From an uncultured delta proteobacterium (GTDB lineage: Bacteria; Myxococcota; Myxococcia; Myxococcales; Myxococcaceae): DNA of 64,000 nucleotides. The stretch is taken from positions 352,001 to 416,000 of the forward strand of contig CAVYSY010000033.1 of assembly GCA_963771175.1 (NCBI GenBank). Reading direction: 5' to 3'. Positions 17,778 to 27,557 of the stretch are shown one piece after another; position 1 is the stretch's first letter, and each line of letters opens with the position of its first letter. The notes beneath the pieces were generated by a model. That model was not told the origin of the DNA. It searched no databases and saw only the letters and a program-made list of their open reading frames with translations. The position numbers were made by a program, and so were the translations under genes.

Positions 17778-20700
17778 CTAGCTCCTCAGCTCGGTGGCGA
17801 GCGCCTCCACCACGGTGCGCTCATCCTGGAGGAAGCGGCGCTCGGAGTCCTTCTGCTCGGCGACGGCGCGCGCGTAGGCCTCGGTGAGGCGGCGCTGGTG
17901 GGCCTGCACCTCCTCCAGCAGCTTGTTGCGCGAGGGCCGCTCCACCGTCGCGTTCACCCAGGAATCGCGGGCGTTCTTCTCCAGGTCCTCGCGGAGCACG
18001 GGGTCGAGCGCCTCGAAGGCATCGAAGGCGCGCACCCGGTCCGGCGCGAGCTTGTTCTTCGTGCCGGCGAAGCTCCAGTGGTAGCCCTCCTCGTCGCGCG
18101 AGATGCCGCCGAACAGGGCGCACAGGGTGAAGGCGCGCAGGCGGGCGTCACGGGCCTCGCGGGTGGCCTGGGCGCTGCGCTCGACGGCGCGGCGATCCTC
18201 GGCCCGCTTCAGCTCCACCGGGTCCAGGTCGGGCAGGCCCGGCGAAGACTCCCACGCCGCCTCGATGTGCAGCGGGTAGGTGCGGTTCTTGTCGTCGCGC
18301 ACGCGCTTGTAGCCGGCGTACAGGTCGGACTGGACGTTCTTGAACCAGTACACGGGCACGCCGAGCAGCGCGCGGTAGAGCACGAGCGAGTCCCGCTCCT
18401 CCCACCCCGTGACGCGGTTGGAGCCGGACACCACGCCCCTGAGGATGTTCCAGAGCGAGCCCTCCTCGTCGCTGGCGTACTTGTCGTGCAGGCCGGCGTA
18501 GAAGACGTCCGCGGGCGTCACCGTGGGGTCGTCCCGGCGCGTGGCGTCGATGTGGGCCAGCAGCACGCACTCGTCGGACAGGCGCTTGAGCCGATCCTCG
18601 ATGCCGCGACGCACCTCGGTGGCGGACACGGCGCGCAGTTCCTCCTCCAGCTTGCCCTTGCGGCGCAGCTCCTCCAGGTCCTTCCCGGCCTTGTGCAGGG
18701 CGATGTAGCGCTGCTCCAGGTCGAGGCCCGAGGCCAGGTCGAGGCCCATCTCCTCCATCACCTTGCCGTAGACCTGGGTGGCCTGGGTCTCCAGCTTGCC
18801 GCGCACGTGCTGGACGATCTCATTGGCGTCGCGGGCGCGGAGCTGACCGTTGGGGTCTCTCACCGGGGTGAAGGCCTCGGTGACGGTGTCGAAGATGTCG
18901 GCGGCGCGGAAGTGGGCGTCGCTGTCGAGCTTGTGGGCGTAGAACTCCTTCCACAACCGCTCGCGGCGCCGGTCGTCGCGGAGCACCTCGGCGTCCAGGT
19001 AGTACTGGGCCACGTCCGAGCCCGCGTCCACCGCGGCCGGGTCCTTGCGGAAGCGCTCGGCCTGGGACTCGGCGTCACGGGCGCGCTCGTCGGCCACCTG
19101 GGCCACCTTGCGGAAGGACTCCAGCCGGGCCTCGGCGTCCTTGCGCAGCTCGCTCTCGAAGGACTTCCAGAAGAAGCGCTTGATCTCGTCGCGGAACTCG
19201 TTGGCCCAGCTCTCCACCTTGGCCACGGCGCGCAGTTTGGTGGTGGCGAAGGCCTTGTTGTCCCGGTCCGTGAGGCTCTGGAGGAAGCCGGGGTTGGCCT
19301 GCCGCGCCATCTCGCCGTCGAGCCTCGAAATCTCCTGGCGCAGCTCCGGGCTGTCCAGGTCGGGCGGAGCGCCGTCGGCCTTGAGGTAGGCGCCCTCCTC
19401 CGGGTCCTTGAAGGGGACGATGAAGGACTGCTCCAGCAGGCGGATGAGGAAGAGCCGCTGGGAGATGGGGTTGACCTCGTACTCCTTGAAGAAGGACTCG
19501 AAGAAGCGGCCGGTGCGCACGTCGCCGCGCTGGGCCTCGAGGTACTCGCCGCACACGCGGGCGCGCGACTCGTCCTTCGCCCGGCGCAGCACCGCGATGG
19601 CTCGGCTCAGCGACGGGTTGCCCGGGTTGATGGACTGCTTCTCCACGTCCGGGATGTCGATCTGCTCGTCCAGCTTCCCGAAGATGGCCTCCAGCTTCTC
19701 GCGGAAGGCTTCGGCGAGGTTCTTCCCGCCCTTACCAATCTGCTGCTGGATTCCGTAGAACTGGCCCTTCTCGTCGCGGCGATCCTCCTCGCTGGCACGG
19801 AAGGAGACATAGCCCTTGAACTTCTCGTCGATGCGGCGGTTCTTCTCGTTGGGCTCCAGCCGCTGGAAGGCCGGGTCGCCGTAGGGCACCTGGAAGTCCG
19901 GGTGGTCCGCGCCGAAGCAGAGGAACTGCCGGAAGGCGCTCGCCACGTAGCGCAGGCCCGCGTACTTGAGGAGGTCCTTCCGAGGCAGTTGCAGCAGCGC
20001 GGTGCCGAACGAGCCGTAGTGCACGGAGAAGTGGCCCAGGGCGAGCTTCTTCTGGTGCTTCTCGTAGTTGTCGTACTCACCGGCCTGCGCGCCGAGCAGC
20101 GGCGAGAAGATCTGCAGGTAGCAGGCGTCGGCCACCGCGTTCTCGTACTTCTCGATGGAGAGCTGGTCCGGCCGGTCGATGAGGTAGGTGAGCGTGAAGG
20201 GCCGCTCGGAGACGGTCTGGCGGCTGCGGTCCTGGCTGCCCGGGTCGTAGTGGAACTCGATCTCGCCGAGGCCGCCCGAGTAGTCGAGCTGGCGGTTGAG
20301 GTACTCCAGCTCCTTGAGGGCGGAGTAGCCGTTGGCGAGGATGTCCGGATGGAGCTGGGGCTTCACCTTGTCGAGGAAAGCCGTGGGCAGGGTGAGCACG
20401 CCCACCACGCTGGGCCGGCCCCAGCCCGCGTCGAGCACCATGCGGCGCAGCAGGTAGGCCATGGGGAGGAAGCCACCCGAGCCGGTGCCGCCGGCCACCG
20501 AGCCGTAGATCATCACCCGGACGACGCGGTTCTCGTTGTCGCGCCAGGGGTTCTCGCGGCGGGTGGACTCGTCGAGCAGCTTCTGGAGGGCCTTGCGAAT
20601 GCCGCGCCGATCCTCCTCGAGGTTGTAGTAGAGGCGCAGGCGGCTCTCCATGCGGATCTGCCCGGCGCCAGCGCCCTGGGTGGAGCGGAACTGGTAGGTG

Positions 20701-21002
20701 GAGGGGACCCACTGGGTGACGAGCGAATCCTCGTTCAGCTCGCGCTGGCCGCGCTTGCGCTCGATATAGGCGCGTGCGTCGAAGGCGGAGATGAGGAAGC
20801 GGTTCTCCACCGGGACGTCCTTGAGCTTGTCGAGGTCGTCCTTGTTGGTATCGATGGCCACGAAATGGGTGAGCGACTTGATGCGCTCCCAGTTCGGGTG
20901 TCGGCGCAACCGGCCAGAGAGAAGCTGGACGATCTTTCCGCCGTTACCACCGAGTCCCACGAACAGCGTCGGGTTGAACTTCTCCGTCGCGAGCAGCCCC
21001 AA
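17778..21002 (-). CDS. Large tubulin/FtsZ-like GTPase (Tubulin_2-type), 1074 aa
   Basis: VGLGGNG, AIDTN, GAGAGQIR, GSVAGGTGSG, ANGYSALKEL; long helical C-terminus; GGAGGGGG RBS before TTG. Confidence 0.88.
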   Translation of the reverse strand: MGLLATEKFNPTLFVGLGGNGGKIVQLLSGRLRRHPNWERIKSLTHFVAIDTNKDDLDKLKDVPVENRFLISAFDARAYIERKRGQRELNEDSLVTQWVPSTYQFRSTQGAGAGQIRMESRLRLYYNLEEDRRGIRKALQKLLDESTRRENPWRDNENRVVRVMIYGSVAGGTGSGGFLPMAYLLRRMVLDAGWGRPSVVGVLTLPTAFLDKVKPQLHPDILANGYSALKELEYLNRQLDYSGGLGEIEFHYDPGSQDRSRQTVSERPFTLTYLIDRPDQLSIEKYENAVADACYLQIFSPLLGAQAGEYDNYEKHQKKLALGHFSVHYGSFGTALLQLPRKDLLKYAGLRYVASAFRQFLCFGADHPDFQVPYGDPAFQRLEPNEKNRRIDEKFKGYVSFRASEEDRRDEKGQFYGIQQQIGKGGKNLAEAFREKLEAIFGKLDEQIDIPDVEKQSINPGNPSLSRAIAVLRRAKDESRARVCGEYLEAQRGDVRTGRFFESFFKEYEVNPISQRLFLIRLLEQSFIVPFKDPEEGAYLKADGAPPDLDSPELRQEISRLDGEMARQANPGFLQSLTDRDNKAFATTKLRAVAKVESWANEFRDEIKRFFWKSFESELRKDAEARLESFRKVAQVADERARDAESQAERFRKDPAAVDAGSDVAQYYLDAEVLRDDRRRERLWKEFYAHKLDSDAHFRAADIFDTVTEAFTPVRDPNGQLRARDANEIVQHVRGKLETQATQVYGKVMEEMGLDLASGLDLEQRYIALHKAGKDLEELRRKGKLEEELRAVSATEVRRGIEDRLKRLSDECVLLAHIDATRRDDPTVTPADVFYAGLHDKYASDEEGSLWNILRGVVSGSNRVTGWEERDSLVLYRALLGVPVYWFKNVQSDLYAGYKRVRDDKNRTYPLHIEAAWESSPGLPDLDPVELKRAEDRRAVERSAQATREARDARLRAFTLCALFGGISRDEEGYHWSFAGTKNKLAPDRVRAFDAFEALDPVLREDLEKNARDSWVNATVERPSRNKLLEEVQAHQRRLTEAYARAVAEQKDSERRFLQDERTVVEALATELRS

Positions 21003-21042
21003 GGCTCCCCCTCCGAGTCATCTCCACTGCATGTAGAGAGTA

Positions 21043-21069
21043 CCTGTCCGGTATAGCACGGCGGACAGG
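21043..21069 (-). promoter_or_regulatory. Perfect 8-bp inverted repeat CCTGTCCG-N11-CGGACAGG enclosing a TGCTATAC extended -10-like element
   Basis: Visible about 40 bp upstream of the tubulin-like gene start; the function is inferred. Confidence 0.4.
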
Positions 21070-21111
21070 GAGCCACGCGCACTCGTGGTTTCACCGCATG
21101 CCGACGCTGGG

Positions 21112-22893
21112 TCACACGCCCGGACTCACCCCAGCTCCCGACCCGCGCTGCCCGGCGCCCACGTATCGCGCCCGGATCGACATCCACTTGCGCGCGACCA
21201 CCAACCCGAAGCTCAGCAAGCCAACACTGAGCAGGTTCTCGGCCAGGAGGGCCAGGTGCCGCCCCTCCGCCCCCGCGAAGACGAGGAGCCCCAGCGGCAC
21301 CAGGAGGCAGGTGCCCAGCACGGGGGCCGCGTCGCTCCACGGGCCCGCACCGAAGTTCTCCGCCAGCGCGTGCATCATGCTGAAGACCCCGCACAGGCCC
21401 ACTCCCACCAGCACGCCCATGCTCGCGCCGAACGCGAGGCTGCTGGACTGGTGGTTCTGCAGGATGGGCTGGAGGAAGGCCCCCAGCGAGGCGAAGGCCG
21501 CGACCATGCCCAACAGCACGGTGCCAAACCACGTCCCCGGTGTCTCCCGCCTCCGCAGGAAGAACACCAGCAGGCCTGGGAAGACGAGCAGCAGGCCCAG
21601 CACGGCCCCCAGCGCCCTCTCACGCTCCATGCCCCAGGACAGGTCGGCGTAGGCGAACTGCAAGCCAATGAGGCCCACCGAGACGACCAGCACCAGTCCC
21701 TCCAGCAGTCCCCACATCACCGCCAGCAGTTGCCTCCGGGTGGGCGAGCGTCGCTCGTGCACACGCTGCATCCACAGCACGCCACACGCCGTCCCGCACA
21801 GCGTCCCCGCGGTCACGCCCCCTACAATCCAGCCACCCTCCTGCATCGGTATCGTGACGAGCGCCGCGACGCCCCCCGCCAACCCGCCCAAGGTCGCCGC
21901 TCCGACCGCCGCTCCCACTCCCGTGAGCACGCTCAATCCCAGCGCCCCCACCATGGCGAGGCAGTAGCTCATCATGAGGTGCTGGGAGACCGACTCCAGC
22001 ACACCAGGGAGGAACAACCCGGGGTTGCGCTGGAGCGAGCCAGCGAGTGACAGGTCGAACAGGAGCACCGTGACGAGCGGCCCCAACAGACATCGCAGCA
22101 GGAAGAAGAGCACCGGCGCTTGCTGGGCCTGGGCCACCGAGAGCTCGTACGCACCGAACCCCGGCGCCAGCCGCGGGTCCACACTGGAGAGTTCCCGCTT
22201 CCACCCCTCCGAGTCCGCGATGGCGGCCAGGAAGAGCTGGATGGTCCCGTAGGTGAAGCTCCGCTGCCGCCAGCCCTGCGGCCCAGCACTGGCCCGCCGC
22301 CGCCAGAGCGAGAGGACGGCCGATGCCGAGGTGGCGAGCACCCTTCCCTCCTCCCGCGTCCGCTGGGTCACCAGCCCCACCACCTTGCCCCCCTGCATCA
22401 CGGGGCAACCTGGCAGCGCCCGAGCCTCCACGTCGGCCTCCGGGCTCAGGGTCACCTCGAGGACGTCGCCCTGCGGAGCCAGACGCCCCGGGAGCCGCTG
22501 CCCTCCCTGCGCGGAGGAGAGGAGCACGAGGCAGTTGGAGACCTCCGTCGGAGCATCCTCCAGGAGGAACCACTCCTCCCGCACCTCGGCCGAGCCCCCC
22601 AGTACCTCGACCACGAGGGGCTCGCTTCCAGCCACCGCACTCGGGGCAACTCCCTCCATCTCCGGTGCCAGCAGCGCCAGGTTGGACTCGTCATCCGACT
22701 CCACGACGAGCACCTGCTCCGCCTGCCCCGGCGCTCGGACCACGACGCGTTGCACCTCACGGTGCCGGGGTCCCAGCAGGTGGGAGGCGGCCGTCAGGTA
22801 GAGGCCTGGACCCACGCGCCAGGCCGAGGCCTCACGAGCCTCCTCTCCCGTGGGGGAGAGACGAAGACGAACGACCTCGGGTTGAGTGTCCAT
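21112..22893 (-). CDS. Degenerate trypsin-like domain fused to a multi-pass membrane domain
   Basis: YLTAASH, ESNLALL and LPGCPVMQGGKVVGLV echo the S1 protease LTAAH, DLALL and GxSGxP motifs; the C-terminal half is a series of hydrophobic helices. Confidence 0.6.
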   Translation of the reverse strand: MDTQPEVVRLRLSPTGEEAREASAWRVGPGLYLTAASHLLGPRHREVQRVVVRAPGQAEQVLVVESDDESNLALLAPEMEGVAPSAVAGSEPLVVEVLGGSAEVREEWFLLEDAPTEVSNCLVLLSSAQGGQRLPGRLAPQGDVLEVTLSPEADVEARALPGCPVMQGGKVVGLVTQRTREEGRVLATSASAVLSLWRRRASAGPQGWRQRSFTYGTIQLFLAAIADSEGWKRELSSVDPRLAPGFGAYELSVAQAQQAPVLFFLLRCLLGPLVTVLLFDLSLAGSLQRNPGLFLPGVLESVSQHLMMSYCLAMVGALGLSVLTGVGAAVGAATLGGLAGGVAALVTIPMQEGGWIVGGVTAGTLCGTACGVLWMQRVHERRSPTRRQLLAVMWGLLEGLVLVVSVGLIGLQFAYADLSWGMERERALGAVLGLLLVFPGLLVFFLRRRETPGTWFGTVLLGMVAAFASLGAFLQPILQNHQSSSLAFGASMGVLVGVGLCGVFSMMHALAENFGAGPWSDAAPVLGTCLLVPLGLLVFAGAEGRHLALLAENLLSVGLLSFGLVVARKWMSIRARYVGAGQRGSGAGVSPGV

Positions 22894-22944
22894 GCGAATG
22901 CCCCCGCGCGAGGCCCACGGCACGGGCCCGAGACTCGCGGCGAG

Positions 22945-23427
22945 GCCACACGCTAACCTGCTTCAGGGAAGTCCGGTAAGGCGCAGGCTCGGCATCGCTA
23001 TGACGCGCTTCCATGGCGTCTTCGCACCCGGCGCGAAACTCAGGCCATTTCTGCTCCCTGCGGCGGCGAGGCCGAGCGAGGAGGAGGCACCCGCGGCAGC
23101 GGCAGCAGGGGTGGGCACGTGCAGGGGGCGTCAGCGCGCACCGAGGCTCGACTGGGCGGGACTGCTGCGCCGCGTTTTCAAGGTGGACGTCTTCTCCTGC
23201 GCCAGATGCGGAGGCAGGCGGCGGGTGCTGGCGTACTTGACGCATGCAGCGGCCATCCGCCCCATCCTCCAGCACCTGAAGCTGCCAGACACTCCTGCGC
23301 CGCTCGCACCTGCGCGCTGGCCACCGCAGGAGGCACTCTGGGGGTAGCCGCTCCACTGCGGCAGCACCCGTAAGCCCCATGCCCACTCGCGCCTCACCTC
23401 GCAACAGGGCCCCTGTTCCTCCTATGC
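22945..23427 (+). mobile_element. IS91-family (rolling-circle) transposase C-terminal remnant with oriIS-like end
   Basis: TRFHGVFAPGAKLR...RLDWAGLLRRVFKVDVFSCARCGGRRRVLA; downstream TGTTCCTCCTATGC. Confidence 0.72.
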
Positions 23428-23610
23428 GCCGCGGCCTGGACAGGCGAGTACCCCAAGGGGCTGCGCGGCCTCTCCACCAGGATCTCGGTCGATGACTCCA
23501 GCCCCGCGGTCACGGAGCGCAAGAGCTGGGGAGGGTTGGTCTCCTTTCAAGTGTGTCCTGCCGCTAATATCCGCCGCGGCAGAGCATCCCACACGGGATT
23601 TGGAGAGACG

Positions 23611-25155
23611 ATGACTGCACCGAGGCTTTGGCCGCTCGCGCTGGCCCTGATGGTGGGCACGCTGAGCGCCTGTTACGAGGAACCCACCCCCCCACCGGCC
23701 GGGAATGATGACGCGGGAATCGGCAAGGACGCGGGCGTCACCGACGATGCGGGCGTCGGAACCGACGCGGGCGTGGACCCGTGCAACGTGGACAACGTGT
23801 GCGCTCCCAACGCCACCTGCGAAGCTGTAGGTGGAGCCGCCATCTGCACGTGCAAGGCCGGCTACGCGGGCGACGGCGCGACGTGCGCGGACATCGACGA
23901 GTGCGGCACTGGCACCAACACCTGCGATGCCAACGCCACCTGCGCCAATACGCAGGGCGGCTTCACCTGCACCTGCAACAGCGGCTACAGCGGAAATGGC
24001 ACCTCCTGCTATGCCGGAGCTTCTTTTACCGAGGGCATGGTCACCATCACCCTCGACGATGGATGGGACACGCAGTTCACGGGTGCGCGTCCTGCGCTCA
24101 ATCTGCGCGGTATCCGCTCCACCTACTACATCCCGAGCGATCCGGTCCGTGAGGGCTGGTCGAACTTCATGCATGCCGCGGAGGTGCAGACCCTCATCAA
24201 CGAGGGCAACGAGCTGGCCTGTCACACGAAGACCCACCCGGATCTCACCACCCTGACGGCCGAGCAGGTGGAGATCGAGTTGCGCGACTCGCAGGCGTAT
24301 CTGCAGACCCGGTTCGGCGTGTCGGTGCCCGCCTTCGCCGTGCCTTTCGGCAGGCACAACGACGCCATCCTCTCCACCGTGAAGCCGTTCTACACCAGCC
24401 ACCGCACGGTGGCGCATGGCCAGAACTCCCGTGGCACCAACATCTACAAGCTCCGGGCCTACGACGTGACGAGCAGCGTCACCGTGGACACCGTGCGCGG
24501 GTGGATCAACAAGGCGAAGCTGGACCGGACCTGGGTCATCCTCCTCTTCCACGAGTTCGTGAGCGGCACGCCCACCAGGTCGACGCAGGTCGACATCGCC
24601 AACTTCGAGGCCATCCTCGACCACGTCAAGGCGAGTGGTATGCGCACCGTCACCGTCGCCGAGGGCGTGGCGATGATGGACGGGGTGACGACGGACCCCT
24701 CCGAGTACTCCGTCGTGCACGAGGATGAGCTCGGCAGCGGCTTCGTGGACTGGAGCTGGGCGACGCGCAACATGGAGGAGCGCGGCGTGGTTCACTCGGG
24801 TGTCACGTCCATTTCCTTCGAGCCCGACCACTGGAATGGGCTGAACTTCCACCGCGACGTGGCACTCGATGCGAGCCTCTACCAGTCCATCAACCTGTGG
24901 GTGCACGGTGGCACCACCGGCGGGCAGCTCATCAGTGTGAGTTTCCACGATGGCGTCTACGCGCTCAGCGGCTCGGTGCAGCTGGACACGGTGCTGGGTC
25001 ACCCCATCCAGGCCGGTGTCTGGCAGCAGGTCACCATCCCGATCTCCTCTATGAACCTGTCCACGAACTCCATCCATCAGATCCGCATTCATGATGCCTC
25101 GGGCATGGACCAGGGCACCGCCTACCTCGATGAGATCCTGCTCATCCGCCGCTGA
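23611..25155 (+). CDS. Lipoprotein with two EGF-like domains, a polysaccharide deacetylase (NodB-like) domain and a CBM-like C-terminus
   Basis: Lipobox LSAC; DIDECGTGTNTCDANATCANTQGGFTCTC; ITLDDG, HTKTH, VPFG, LLFH. Confidence 0.85.
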   Translation: MTAPRLWPLALALMVGTLSACYEEPTPPPAGNDDAGIGKDAGVTDDAGVGTDAGVDPCNVDNVCAPNATCEAVGGAAICTCKAGYAGDGATCADIDECGTGTNTCDANATCANTQGGFTCTCNSGYSGNGTSCYAGASFTEGMVTITLDDGWDTQFTGARPALNLRGIRSTYYIPSDPVREGWSNFMHAAEVQTLINEGNELACHTKTHPDLTTLTAEQVEIELRDSQAYLQTRFGVSVPAFAVPFGRHNDAILSTVKPFYTSHRTVAHGQNSRGTNIYKLRAYDVTSSVTVDTVRGWINKAKLDRTWVILLFHEFVSGTPTRSTQVDIANFEAILDHVKASGMRTVTVAEGVAMMDGVTTDPSEYSVVHEDELGSGFVDWSWATRNMEERGVVHSGVTSISFEPDHWNGLNFHRDVALDASLYQSINLWVHGGTTGGQLISVSFHDGVYALSGSVQLDTVLGHPIQAGVWQQVTIPISSMNLSTNSIHQIRIHDASGMDQGTAYLDEILLIRR

Positions 25156-25283
25156 TCCCCGCAGCGGCGGCCTCGGGCGAGGAAGAGGCACCAACTCCGA
25201 CGCCGGCAACCCCGGCTTCTCCGAGGTGCCGCAGGGGCTGTACTTCATCCACGATGAGCGCCAGGTGTTTCTGCTGCGCGAGG

Positions 25284-25473
25284 CTGCGGTGGCGAGGCCG
25301 AGCGAGGAGGAGGCACCCGCGGCAGCGGCAGCAGGGGTGGGCACGTGCAGGGGGCGTCAGCGCGCACCGAGGCTCGACCAGGCGGGACTGCTGCGCCGCG
25401 TTTTCAAGGTGGACGTCTTCTCCTGCGCCAGATGCGGAGGCAGGCGGCGGGTGCTGGCGTACTTGACGCATGC
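25284..25473 (+). mobile_element. Second, near-identical copy of the IS91-like transposase tail fragment
   Basis: About 190 bp almost identical to 23058-23247. Confidence 0.8.
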
Positions 25474-25888
25474 GCAGCTCCCCCACGTTCCGCACCACCC
25501 GCGCCCGGTGTCTCAGCTGCGGCATGGCCATGTTCAGCGACGTCTCCAGCGCCCACCGCACATCCGCCAGCCCATCCCGCGCGTCCCAGTCCTCCCCTCG
25601 CGCGAACGTCGTCAGGTCCCCCACCACCTCGCGGATGCGTTGGGTGCCCTGCTTCGCCTCGTCGAGGGCCTCCACGCACTCCACCAGCGTGCGCCGCAGC
25701 TCGTCGGGGTTCCTCGGGCCGTTCGGGTCGCTCAGCTCCTGCTTCAGCTCCGCGAGCGCCTCCCCGATGAAGTTGAGGTTGGAGGAGAGGTAGCCCAGGG
25801 GGTTGTTCACCTCGTGCGCCACCCCCGCCGCCAGCGTGCCCAGCGCCGCCAGCCGGTCCGCCTGCAGCAGCTTCAGCTCCAGTGACAA
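25474..25888 (-). pseudogene. Histidine kinase fragment (HisKA region)
   Basis: QADRLAALGTLAAGVAHEVNNPLGYL H-box; cut by the IS91 fragment before the ATPase domain. Confidence 0.75.
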
Positions 25889-26130
25889 ACGCTCCAGAGC
25901 CAGCGCGCCACGCGCCCCGTAGCGGCACAGCCGCTCCAGCCCCTGCCTGTCGTTGGCGTGCAGGTGTTACCTCTCGCCATTCGCTCCTCCATCTTGGGTG
26001 GACGAGCCCGGCGTTGCATGGCGCCGGACCGCCTGCCTTTCAGGACGACAGGTCGCGTCGATTCGTCTCAGCCCCGCACGGCCGCGAAAAGCGTTGACTC
26101 AGCCAACACCGCCCGCGTTCACTCGTCGCC

Positions 26131-26529
26131 ATGGCAAAGGTCACAGGAATCGGCGGCGTCTTCTTCAAGTCCACGAAGGACCACAAGGCGCTCGCCGCCT
26201 GGTACCAGAGGCACCTGGGCATTCCGCTCGAGGACTGGGGCGGCGCAATTCTGAAGTGGCCGGACGACAAGGCCGAGGACAAGGGCCTCACCGTCTGGCA
26301 CGTCGCGGAGAAGGACAGCGAGTGGTTCAGCCCGAGCACGTCGTCCTTCATGATCAACTACCGCGTCGACAACCTCGACGAGCTGCTCGCGCAGCTCCGC
26401 AAGGGCGGAGTCGAAGTCGTCAAGGGCCCCGAGATCCACGAGAACGGCAAGTTCGCGTGGATCATGGACCCGGACGGCAACAAGGTCGAGCTGTGGGAGC
26501 CGATGCTCTGGGACGAGAAGAACAAGTGA
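26131..26529 (+). CDS. VOC/glyoxalase family protein
   Basis: KVTGIGGVFFK, MINYRVDNLD, DPDGNKVELWEP. Confidence 0.9.
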   Translation: MAKVTGIGGVFFKSTKDHKALAAWYQRHLGIPLEDWGGAILKWPDDKAEDKGLTVWHVAEKDSEWFSPSTSSFMINYRVDNLDELLAQLRKGGVEVVKGPEIHENGKFAWIMDPDGNKVELWEPMLWDEKNK

Positions 26530-27471
26530 GCCTCTCCCGCCTCGGTGGACGGGTTGACTACGCTGCCTGCCTCGGTGCCTCAGCCGTTCGCTCGTACTCG
26601 GCCGGGCTGACGTAGCCGAGTGAGGAGTGACGGCGCCTGCGGTTGTAGAACACCTCAATGTACTCGAACAGCGCGAGCTTCGCCTCCTCGCGCGTCCGGA
26701 AGCTGCGCGTGTGGACGAGTTCCATCTTCAAGCTGCTGAAGAAGCTCTCGACGACGGCATTGTCCCAGCAGTTGCCCTTGCGACTCATCGAGCTGTCGGT
26801 GGTCCGCACGAAGGGTCGTTTTCTGCGTGCCGCCAGGCCTTTCTGCCGCATGAGGCGGGCGACGCGCTTCTCGGAGACACGTCGACCCCGTGCGCGCAGC
26901 TCCGCATGGACGCGGGGGCTGCCGTAGGGTGCCGCGGCTCTCGCGGTGCACGGCCTCTACCTCCACGGTGAGCTCCCGGTCGCTCTTCTTGCGCTGCGAC
27001 TCGGGCCTCTTGGCCCAGGCGTAGTAACCGGAGCGTGAGACGCCGAGCTGGCGGCACATGAAGGCCACCGACGTGGAGGCCTTCTTCGCATGGATGAAGC
27101 GGAACTTCACTTCATCTCCTTCGCGAAGAAGGCCGCCGCATTTTTTAGCAGGTCTCACTCCAGCTCGAGCTGGCGCACGCGCTTGCGCAGCTGGGAGAGC
27201 TCCGCCCGCTCCTCGCTGGTGAGTGCGCCAGGCCTGCCCTGGCCTTTGTCCGTCCTGGCTTGCTCCACCCACTTGCGGAAGGCGGTCTCGGTCAGGTCCA
27301 AGTCTTTCGCCACCTCCGCGACGGACTTGCCCTCCTCCAACACCAGCTTCACCGCCCCGGCCTTGAACTCCGGGCTGGACTACGTCGCTGCCGTCTCTGC
27401 TTCTTCTCGCTCTCCGACATCGAACACCCTTCCATCACATCGGGGGTGTCCACGGAAGCGGGGGATTTTCA
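26527..27471 (-). mobile_element. IS3-family element, internally deleted and inactivated
   Basis: Terminal IRs TGAGCCTCTCCCGCCTCGGTGGACG and TGAAAATCCCCCGCTTCCGTGGACA (18/25 match); orfA HTH with a premature stop; orfB VSRSGYY and [16 protein letters not shown] with most of the DDE core missing. Confidence 0.88.
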
Positions 27472-27557
27472 CCCCCGAAGGAGCTGCAGATGCTCCACTT
27501 CGGGGATATCTACATGTTGGTGAGGAAAGAGTAGCGAGCAGGTTGGATCGCGCTCGC

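Noticed and set aside
17778..21002. Calling this gene ftsZ
   Set aside because: It is far longer than FtsZ, is not in a division and cell wall cluster, and its motif spacing fits the divergent Tubulin_2-type family.
17508..21056. Long plus-strand ORFs (also 10236..12617, 12777..15758 and 57121..62373)
   Set aside because: Antisense shadows of real minus-strand genes, typical of high-GC DNA; no recognisable motifs.
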